NCBI GenBank assembly: GCA_964016885.1 | Contig: OZ024741.1 | Span: 374,356,001-374,420,000 of the forward strand | Origin: Eledone cirrhosa | Taxonomy: Eukaryota | DNA: 64,000 nucleotides | Direction: 5' to 3' | In this document: piece after piece, positions 25,611 through 35,440 of the stretch | Layout: the number at the start of each line of letters is the position of its first letter | Position numbering within the stretch: the first letter of the stretch is position 1 | The notes under the pieces: generated by a model | Databases searched by the model: none | Told to the model about the DNA's origin: nothing | The model's input: the letters and a program-made list of their open reading frames with translations, nothing else | Program-made: the position numbers and the translations under genes

Positions 25611-27368
25611 GTGGAGCTGAAACTGATGCAGAAGAAAAGACAGAGAAAAGAAATATATTTGTGAACAAATGGTTGTAGTGTAATAATTGTTTCTACTTTA
25701 GGCACAAGGCCAGCAATTACCCAGTGTATTACTGGTACTTTATTTTATCGACCCCGTAAGGATGAAAGGCAAAGTCAACCTCGGGGGGATTTGAACTCAG
25801 AATGGCAAGGTTGTAGTGTAATAATTGTTTCTACTTTTTGGCACAAGGCCAGCAATTACCCAGTACATTACTGGTACTTTATTTTATCGACCCCGTAAGG
25901 ATGAAAGGCAAAGTTAACCTCGGCGGGATTTGAACTCAGACTGTAAAGAGACGTATCTATGCTGGAAAGCATGGCGTCCGACTCTCTACCTATACTGCCA
26001 ATTCACCGTGTAGTGTAATAATGAGTGTCTATAGGAAGTTTGCGTGTAGTAGCAGCAGCACTGCCTCAGATATGTGATCAGTACACTAAATAGGATCTTA
26101 CTTGAGAGAAGTCAGCAACTGATCATAACATATTTTTTTAATGATCTAAATTGGAAGCCTAGTTTTAGATGGTGTTTTGGAAATGTTACATATGCACGGT
26201 TGTATGAAAGATTATTAAATATTGGGAACTCTAGAATTTACAGCAGCTTTTGAGTTTCAGTTGTGTGCTGTTTATAGTGTGTACTAATTATGACTTGGTG
26301 TTGTTGAAGGAAATTTGGCTATCCTGCGTCTATTGGAATATGTTGAAGTTGTCTGTTTAATACAAGTGTGTTCTTGCATAAAGTATATAGGTCGGATAAA
26401 ATAACCATTATACTCCACCTTCCCCAGAATCAATTCCTTTTAGACAAAACCATCTCAATAAAAGTTTAAAGGATAACATTTTCTTGGTTAAAATCTTCTG
26501 ACAGAACATTCAAGGATCTTTTTAAAAACATTTTTCAAGCAAAATAATTCAAGTTATGTAACATGTATTCAATAGCGAAAGCATTAGTATCGTACTCTTT
26601 CATTATTATCCCGGGGTCTGCCATTCTGAGTTCAAATCCCGCCAAGGTTAACTTTGCCTTTCATCCTTACGGGGTCGATAAAATAAAGTACCAGTAATGC
26701 ACTGGTTTATTGCTGGCCTTGTGCCTAACGTAGAAACAATTATTATCCTGGGATCGTTAAAATAAAGTACCAAGCAAGTACTGGAGTCAATATAATCGAC
26801 TTTCCTCTCGCTTCCCTTAAATTTCTGTCCTTGTGCCTAAAATAGAAGTCGTTATTATATCAAACTAAATTAAAATGATTAGTAAATTAGTCATTTTATA
26901 TATTTTAATGATTTTTCTTTTTTTTAAATATTAATTATTTGGGATTTTTAATCATGGGAGTTCTCTCCTAGTTTACGTTTTATGTGTGGGTTTTAATCGA
27001 AGGATTTTGTCCAGCGTTCGTTTACGTGTGGTTGACACTTGATTTCTCTGTGTATGGCTCTGAGAGAATGAGTGAAGAAGTTCAACACCTGCTTAGTGCG
27101 TGTAGTGGTGATGATGGGGGTGAAGTAACAAGTATATACAGAAGGAATGGGACAGATTCCGGTATAAAAATATGACTAAAATTCAAACACTAGCCGTATA
27201 CGACATGACATTTAGTTTAATAAAACGCAATGTGTTCAGAGAAGTAAGGGATATGATCAACAATGAAGGCTGCCTGAAGTTTAAAATGATTCCTCTCATC
27301 AAGGCATGTGTTTTTATTGTTTTTACAACATGAAACATGCCAACATAGACCGCTACAAATTTTCTCGA

Positions 27369-27454
27369 ATTTTTATTGATCATATTTGAAGGATCTGTTT
27401 CCCCAGTATTTTATAATAGGGGAAATAGACCCTTCAAATACGACCAATAAAAAT
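27369..27454. repeat. 36-bp-stem hairpin
   Basis: Arms 27369-27404 and 27419-27454, 4 transition mismatches, 14-nt loop. Confidence 0.9.
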
Positions 27455-28369
27455 ACACCCCATTAAGGTGTCTCAATGACCTAATAAGGTTACAAGCAAA
27501 TTTATCAATCTAGAAGACTAGTCTTTTTAAATTAGGGGAAAAAAGTCCTTCTATGGAAATTTTCAACAAATCTAACACTACAAACTTCAATTAAGATTAA
27601 AAAAATAACTTACTATAGAATATCAAAGAACGATATTTTGAATTAAATAGCTAAACCACTCTTCCTTCTAAGATGAATGAAAAATAAATTGAGAGATGCT
27701 AAATATAAACATAGAGCTATACTTGGTTAAACATTTTAAAGGTTGTCTATTGACGTCTACGTGTAATAGATGCTAGAGACAGCTATGTTTTACTATTGTA
27801 TGAATGATTTAATGATAATTGTAATTCTTACAAAATACCAGACAGAAATTTTGAGAATAAAATTACATTTTGTTCGTATATATATAATAATAATAATTAG
27901 AGAGAAAGAAAATGGAAGAGCCTTTTACCAGTTAATATATCCAAGAAAGGTTAAGGTGTCTCAGATAAACACACTTTTCTAACTAAACAGGTGATAGTCA
28001 AGGTTACATAACTAGTGTACTTACGTAAACTGTAAACATAAAACAAATATTTATTGCTTATATTTTTAGATTTAACACCACATTATTTACATATAAATAT
28101 TCGGTTATGATTAAAAATTGCAATTTAAAATATTCTTTACTTACTAAAGTCAATTCTAAATGTTATTTAAAATATATATTTTTTAAATTTATTAATGAAG
28201 AGCAAATTATATATATCTATATACATATATATAAATAAGGGTGATATATATATATATATACACGCGTGTGTTAAAGGTAAATATATAATCGAACCTGATC
28301 AAGAATTAAATATAAAAATACACCATTAGCATCAGTTGATTATACAGACTATGGGGTGTTCCAGAAAAC

Positions 28370-28730
28370 CAGTTTCCGGTGGAAAAGTACCCGTTTTAAT
28401 AATTATTGTACCCGGTTCCTAATCTAATTACAAATGGAGAGTAATACTTTATTCAAAACTGTTTAGATATTAAGTATTAATTAATCTAAAAAATAAAAAG
28501 TCAATTAAGGAAAAAAATACCTATAATCAATCAGGTACAAAAGAGCTTCCGGAAATAGCGCACTCTAGATGTTATTCTATTAAAATTATCAAAATAATTG
28601 TTTTATGATTGAATAATATGATTTTAAATAATTTTAAAGTGAAAAAATAATTTTTAGTTGTTTATTAAATAATAAAAAAATATTTATGCAAATTCTTTAT
28701 TTCTTCTTTCATTAACTGCGGTTTTTCTGC
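28370..28730. promoter_or_regulatory. Probable bidirectional promoter region SLC25A44 / ACO1
   Basis: Mostly TE-free stretch between divergent genes with ETS-like TTCCGG cores (28373-28380; palindromic CTTCCGGAAA 28546-28555) and an Inr-like TCATT (28709-28713) just upstream of the ACO1 ATG. Confidence 0.5.
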
Positions 28731-28752
28731 TACATGGCTGTCATTTGTGATC

Positions 28753-28777
28753 ATGGCTAAAGATGACGAACATGTGG
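28753..28777 (+). CDS. ACO1: ACO1/IRP1 candidate first coding exon (MAKDDEHV-)
   Basis: atcATGG strong Kozak context and consensus donor G|GTGAGT; phase 1 joins in frame to the exon at 38408, which has no ATG of its own. Confidence 0.7.
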
Positions 28778-29373
28778 GTGAGTTATCAACCTTATCTATC
28801 TTTTAATCACCCCCCCCCCTCTTACGTTATTAACCGGGTCAATACCTTTTGTTCTACACCTATATTTAACTGATATATAAACATTATTTAACTGCACTTG
28901 GGGAGTTCTCTGGTGCCCTCACTCTATCTTCAGCGTTAGATATGGAAGAGTGGCAAATGCAAATCTACTATTCAATACTTAAGTCAAGGTTATCTTATCA
29001 GAATTTGATAAAAAAATTAATCGAAATTGAACAGAAAAAGCTACTGACATCACTTATAATTTAAACTACCCGTATCTTTCCTCAGAGTATATATGTATAT
29101 ATATATATTTGTGTATGTTCGTGGTTGTTTTGAAGTCTCCTGTGTATCATCAGCTACCTCTATTGTATGTTGTCAAAAAAAACTCAACCAAAATTGTATT
29201 CATATTACAGTAATATAATATTCCTCCTATGTTTTGATCGTATCTCGAAAATAATGACAAGTTATATGTTTACAGATATTTACGTGTCATAAACATTATC
29301 TGCAAAGAATATCCCCAGAAATTATATATATATATATAGTAATAAACGAAAGATATATACTTTATATCATCTC

Positions 29374-29453
29374 TATTTAATTATATATATATTTCAAAGA
29401 TGCAAAGTTTTATGTATAACATAAAGCAAATCATGTCCTCTTCAGACAAAATA
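29374..29453 (-). ncRNA. Diverged type I hammerhead-like motif
   Basis: UAUUUUGU CUGAAGA GGAcAUG...CAUcUUU GAAA (UA)4 UA AUUAAAUA; 7 of 8 stem I pairs; long, imperfect stem II. Confidence 0.55.
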
Positions 29454-29591
29454 CATACGAGATGTATAATCTTTTCATATGCTGGTAGACAAACGAGCTG
29501 GACAGATCGGTGGCCATCGGGCATATATATATATAGATATATATATATCAATGATATTAATAAATGGAGACTATATTTATAAAACCATATT

Positions 29592-29652
29592 TATTCTATT
29601 ATATATATTTCAAGGGTACCAAAACTTTGGTACTCACTCCTCAGATAAAATA
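29592..29652 (-). ncRNA. Type I minimal hammerhead, same family as 30833-30893
   Basis: UAUUUUAU CUGAGGA GuGaGUACCAA-AGUU-UUGGUACcCuU GAAA UAUAUA UA AUAGAAUA; the downstream tail is homologous to that of the 30833 copy. Confidence 0.75.
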
Positions 29653-29699
29653 CAAAATTTGTTTTATAAATAGTGACATAGCCAGGAATCGGACCTTAA

Positions 29700-29955
29700 T
29701 ATATATATGTGTGTATATATATATACATATATTACGTGTATATGAATATATAATTGTATACGCGTATATATATATACACATATTACGTGTATATGAATAT
29801 ATAATTGTATACGCGTATATATATATATATACACATATTACGTTATATGAATATATAATTGTATACGCGTATATATCTATGTGTATGTATATATATATAT
29901 ATACAAATATTACGTGTATATGAAGAATATATAATTGTATACGTGTATATATATA

Positions 29956-29986
<31 letters not shown>

Positions 29987-30100
29987 GTGTGTGTGTATGT
30001 ATATATATATATATACATATATTACGTGTATATGAATATATAATTGTATACGCATATGTGTGTGTGTATATATATATATACATATATTACGTGTATATGT
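29700..30100. repeat. AT-rich ~50-bp minisatellite mixed with (TA)n/(TG)n
   Basis: Unit ~ATATTACGTGTATATGAATATATAATTGTATACGCGTATATATATATAC, about 6 copies. Confidence 0.85.
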
Positions 30101-30421
30101 GTGTTTACGTCCCTTTACCATCTGAGTTCAAATCCCGCTGAGGTTGACTTTGCCTTTCATCCTTACGGGGTCGATAAAATAAAGTACCAGTAATGCACTG
30201 GTAATTGCTGGCCTTGTGCCTAAAGTAGAAACAATTATATATATATATGTGCGTGTGTGTATATATTATATATGTATATAAATACATAATTTTATACACA
30301 ATTTGTTCAACCGTTTATTACTTTTTCTCGAATGTGTAATAATCGTATGTTATTTTGAGACAGTTCTAAAGCAATAAATATGCTAGAAACTATTCTATCA
30401 TTCTTTTTTGTTTTCTAAAAG

Positions 30422-30924
30422 TAAACAAACGACACAGTACAAAGAAGAAATATATTTATCGCTTCATATAATACGAAAACAGTTGTATATATATATAAAT
30501 ATATACGGTATAATGTAATTGAAATATATATATATCAAAATAAAATTATTCAATCATATATATATATATACGGTATATATATATATATATATATATATAA
30601 ACATCTAGCGTCTAAACTAACGGAGCTTTTCAGTTTCAACGTTATCCTCATTAGCATATCTCCCTTGAGTTTCGAAAAATTATATTCACTATCCTCACCG
30701 AACAGGAGTTAATTGAACGTTTGGGGTGAATGCTGACATTCGTATAAGAAATAAAAATGCATAAAATACAACAAAAAAACAACTTATAACGTGAAGTTCA
30801 CATGAAGATAATTACAATAATTCCGCCAATTATATTTTATCTGACGAAAGCGTACTTAAATATTAGTACTCTTGAAATACGTATAATAAAATAAATAGGG
30901 TTTTATAAAGATATTTTCCATCTA

Positions 30925-30973
<49 letters not shown>

Positions 30974-31041
30974 CGCACGACTGTTTTCCTAATATATCAA
31001 GCGATAAATATATTTCTTCTTTGTAGTGTGTCGTTTGCTTA
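30422..31041. repeat. Inverted repeat, arms 30422-30486 and 30977-31041
   Basis: AAACGACACAGTACAAAGAAGAAATATATTTATCGCTT... / ...AAGCGATAAATATATTTCTTCTTTGTAGTGTGTCGTTT. Confidence 0.85.
30833..30893 (+). ncRNA. Type I minimal hammerhead ribozyme (Penelope/retrozyme type), core intact
   Basis: Stem I UAUUUUAU/AUAAAAUA (8 bp); CUGACGA; stem II AAGcGUACU/AGUACuCUU; GAAA; palindromic stem III UACGUA; cleavage triplet AUA (cut after 30885). Confidence 0.85.
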
Positions 31042-32102
31042 TATATATATATTCAACCATGTCGAATCTAATAACTATTTCTTTATTCAGTATTAAAAAT
31101 AATTGATCTTTTTATTATAAAATTCGTGCATGAAACAATTTACATTACATTTTTTATATAAAATAATCATTTAATCTGAACTTCTCGTATCATCTGATTT
31201 CAAGGCAATCAATCCACTCTATTTTCTTTCTATCGCTATTCTTACATATTTAATTTAATTAATATTTTAAAGCTAGGCTTAAGCTTTTTGTTTTAGTTTT
31301 CCAGGCAGATGGAGAAATCCACCTGAGCTAAGTAGGCAGTAGTCGGTGAAATTTTGTTACTCTAAACTGTGACCATATATTATATATATATTTTTTTTCT
31401 TCAAACTTACATTTTAGACTTAGCTCTGTTTAATTGATTATTTGTCTAGTTAATTTCTCGTCTAAGATTAGGTAAATTTTATCTGACTGTTCCTCATAAA
31501 AGAATATCAATAACATGTATCTGTTATTTCTTCTACTACGGACTATGAAGAAAAAATTGGATAAATTCAAACTTATATATATAATGTGTGTCCCTTAACC
31601 CTTTGGTTACCATATTTCTAATATCATTACTTAAATTCGAGGAATGTGGCTAATTTCTTTTAGCTCTATATATTATATTTATATATAAAAAAAAAATTGT
31701 CGATTGAATCGCGTGAATTTTCATCTGAACTTACGAATTTGATCGGAGTTTTATTTTATATTATTAATAGTAGTATTCTGTAATTGGGAGTTATTATATA
31801 GGGATATTATTAAATTAGTTGTAGTTAATATTTTCCGTATGTTAATATTTTTCACAAACTCCTGATTGGGTGTCATTTATCAAGGCTGGGAAAAGAGTAT
31901 GTGATATTGCATAATTGAGTTTGTGATGATGCAACTACAGCTTATTGTGTGGGTCAATAATAAAAAAAAATTAATACTGGCGGATGAAAGAAAAAAAAGA
32001 ATCTATTAATATACTTCTGTACATTTCCACTTTTAATTTATTCCTATAATCTTCGATTTGTATGCCCCCCCCCCCCTCTCAACACTATATATATATGCGT
32101 GT

Positions 32103-32284
32103 GTGAGGGTTGGCTGAAAAGTTCTTAGGCTGCCAAATGAGGTTTATTTTTCAACATAGTCCCTGGAAAGAAACACTGCAGTTATTTATTAGAAGAATTG
32201 ATATTAATGCATGCAATATTTCACAGCTCTAATATCATTTCAAGGTTCATAGTTAGCCTATGAACCTTTCAGCCGATCCTCATA
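32103..32284. mobile_element. Mariner-like MITE
   Basis: TIRs TGAGGGTTGGCTGAAAAGTTCTTAGGCT / AGCCTATGAACCTTTCAGCCGATCCTCA-TA. Confidence 0.75.
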
Positions 32285-33006
32285 AAGTGTGTGTATGTAT
32301 ATATATATATAATCTCATAAGAGGAATTGGATATAGCGTGTAAGAGAGAAGACTGCATTGGGATGGACATGTGATGCGCATGGAAGATAACAGCTGCATA
32401 AAGAAATGCAGAGAAACCCCAGTTGCTGGAATCCGTGGAGGAGGTAGACCCAGGAAGTCATGGGATGAGTTTGTACAGGCTAACCTTAAGAAACTAAACC
32501 ACATAACAGAAATGACTAAAGACCTAGAGGGCTGGCGTTATGGTGTTAAAGATGACCCGACCTGCAACATACTATTTAGCGTGACCCTCCTTGCCTTCCA
32601 CTACAGCTCAATAACAGTTATCCCCAACAACACGACAATCCTCACCTCACACACCTCCCCATGCACGTTACTAGCTGCTGTCACCTTGTGAAGTGGTGGG
32701 AAGGGTGTCCAGCAGTGGAGGACCTGCCAAACAAAGGGTTGGGAGGACCCTGAGTTGTGTCAGAGACGTGACAACCTCCCACGTGTATGACCGTACATAA
32801 GCAAGGCCACAAATCCCAAGCTTGTCTGGGAGATCAGTAGCCACTGCTTCAGTACTGACTTGGTCTATGTAGACCCACCCAACCCTTGCTAGCAGTTGTT
32901 TTCAATAATGATGATTTTATATATATATATATATATCTGTGTGTTAGGTGTGTAACTACAGTTACAGTTTGGATGTATCTTTGCACACACAAACTCACAT
33001 ATCTGA

Positions 33007-33090
33007 GGTGTTGAAGAAGAGTTGGGCCCCACTCATTATGATTGTATGCTGATCTGATCGATATCGAAACAATTGTAATATGCCAATAAA
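33007..33090 (+). ncRNA. Decayed hammerhead-like motif followed by AATAAA (Penelope-type terminal repeat)
   Basis: GUGU uUGAAGA AGAG...AUC GAAA CAAUUG UA AUAU...AAUAAA; palindromic stem III; first core C appears mutated. Confidence 0.45.
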
Positions 33091-35204
33091 GTTTCTACAT
33101 ATGCTGCAACATTGACTTCGATTCTACTTACAATTTATATATAAATATATATATATAGCAAGAGTAAAATATATAACTCTATTTGTATATAGTGAGCTAT
33201 ATAAGAGAGTATATAATTGCCAATTACTTTTACACAGAGGTCAATGTGTTTATGTAATAATTGTTTCTACTTTTGGCACAAGGCCAGCAATTACCCAGTG
33301 CATTATTGGTACTTTATTTTATCGACTCTGTAAGGATGAAAAGCAAAGTTAATCTCAGCGGGATTTGAACTCAGATCATAAAGGGCCATAACTCTATGCT
33401 CCAAAGCATGGCATCCGACCCTCTACCGATACTGCCAATCCACCGCTTTATGTAATAATAGTTGGAAGAAATGAGAGATAGTTTTAAGGACAAAGATACA
33501 GAAAGATAGACGTAAACACAGAGCATATCTAAACAAATAAAGAGATCGAATCATGTCCTTATATATGTGTGTATATATATATATATTATATAGAAATAAG
33601 TGTGTACTATAGGAAAGGCACCTTGTTGTAGTAACCATGCCAAAAGGACTCTTTAGTTGTGTCAGGGTATAACAGTCGCTCGCATCCTGTACACACTGTT
33701 AAGTGGTTGATGATAGGAAGGGCATCCAGCCATAGAAAGCTTCCCATAGGGTTGGAGGACCCTTCAGCTGTCAAGGACATGACAACCTTCCTAGTGTTGG
33801 AGATCTACACGATAAAAGCACCCGGTACATGCTGTGAAGTGGTTGGTAACAGGAAAAGCATCCAGTAATAGAAAGCTTGCCAAATAAAGGTTTGGAACGA
33901 CCCTTCAATTGTGTCAAAGACATGACACCCTCTCTAGTGCTGGTGGCATGTTAAAATGCATTTGGTAGAATGTGGAATTGTATGTAAACAAGATGTGAAC
34001 ACCGAACCTATCTGGGATGTCACTAGCCTTGCTTCAGTAAATATTCGGTTTGTAAAGACCTGGGAAACCCTTGTTGGCGAGAAAGTGGACATTAAATGAT
34101 GTATAGTGGGAGAGGAGATGTAGTGGTGTAGTCAATAGCATGGGGTGATGGTGTAGTGATGAAGAAAATAAGGGGTGCTAGTGGACGGGTGCACAAGGGT
34201 AAAGAGAGTAGCTACTAGGGTGCGATAGTGTGGATATCTAAGCGCTTTAGAGGGGGGAATAGCTAAGGCGTGATACTGGAGGAGGCTTCGTGGGGAGTGT
34301 TAGTTGAAGAGGAGGACATGGGAATGGATTGAGTTAGATTGCATGCTTGCAGCTGGGTCTTCACCAGCATAGCTTATCATCAGCCCTCATGGTCCTTTGT
34401 TAACTCTGTTGTGAAGTTTAGTTCTTTAAAGTCAGACATCAATTCCTTGTCCTAAGTCTTCCTGGGTCTTCATCCATGAGTCCCAGCCACTGGGATTTGC
34501 TGTCTTCCATACACGTGATACATATGTATGTGTATATATATATGTGTGTGTGTGTATATATATATATCACTACTTCAATCACCTCATCCCACACCCATTC
34601 CTAGCTATTGCCCTGCCCCTCATCTGAAATGGTTGGTGATAGGAAGGGCATTCAGCCATGGAGGGGTTGCCAAACAAAGGGTTGTGTGGACCCTTCAGTC
34701 ATATCAAGGATATGACTGCCTCCCTAGTGGTTACATAAACACACCCAGTTCACGTTGTAAAGTGGTTGGTGATAGGAAGGACATCAAGCCATAGAAAGCT
34801 TACTAGACAAAGGGTCAAAGGCATGACAATCTCTCTTGAGCATTTGGTGGAATATGAGATGGTACATAAAGACACAGATCTGTGGCTTCACTTCAGTACT
34901 GACTTTATCTGTACGGAACCGTCCAACCCTTGCAGGGAAAGCGGATGCTAAAACCCTGATGATGATGATATATATGTATATATTGGTTTCCATCTGTTTA
35001 TGGAAACAGATGGTGTAGGACAGAACAAAGGAGACACAAAATAACAAATTAGTCACTGAGGAGGTCACAGAATGTGTGACAATAAACAACCATCCAGTTA
35101 TTAAACCAACCAACTGGAAATTTTTGATAAATTGAAGTGAAAACCAACAGGTGTGTGTGTTTCTATTGGCAGCATGACCCTCCCAAAGTATAACAATATA
35201 AATA

Positions 35205-35440
35205 TGAAAGCAACATGTAGCCTACATCCTCTCTCCCCTCTCCCTTGGTAAGCAACATGTATCCTACCCCATCTCTCCCCACTCCCTTGGCAAGCAACAT
35301 GTAGCATACTTCCTTTCTTCCCTCACCCTTGGCAAGCAACATGTAGCATACTTCCTCTCTTCTCTCACCCTTGGCAAGCAACATGTAACCTACCTCGTCT
35401 CTGCCCGCTCCTTTGGCAAGCAACATGTAGCCTACCTCCA
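35205..35440. repeat. 42-bp minisatellite
   Basis: Unit ~GCAAGCAACATGTAGCATACTTCCTCTCTTCTCTCACCCTTG, 5-6 copies; explains the 14-aa periodicity of ORF 35163-35453. Confidence 0.9.

Noticed and set aside
29400-30299. Overlapping Y/I-rich ORFs in the ORF track
   Set aside because: Translations of (TA)n/(TG)n and minisatellite sequence.
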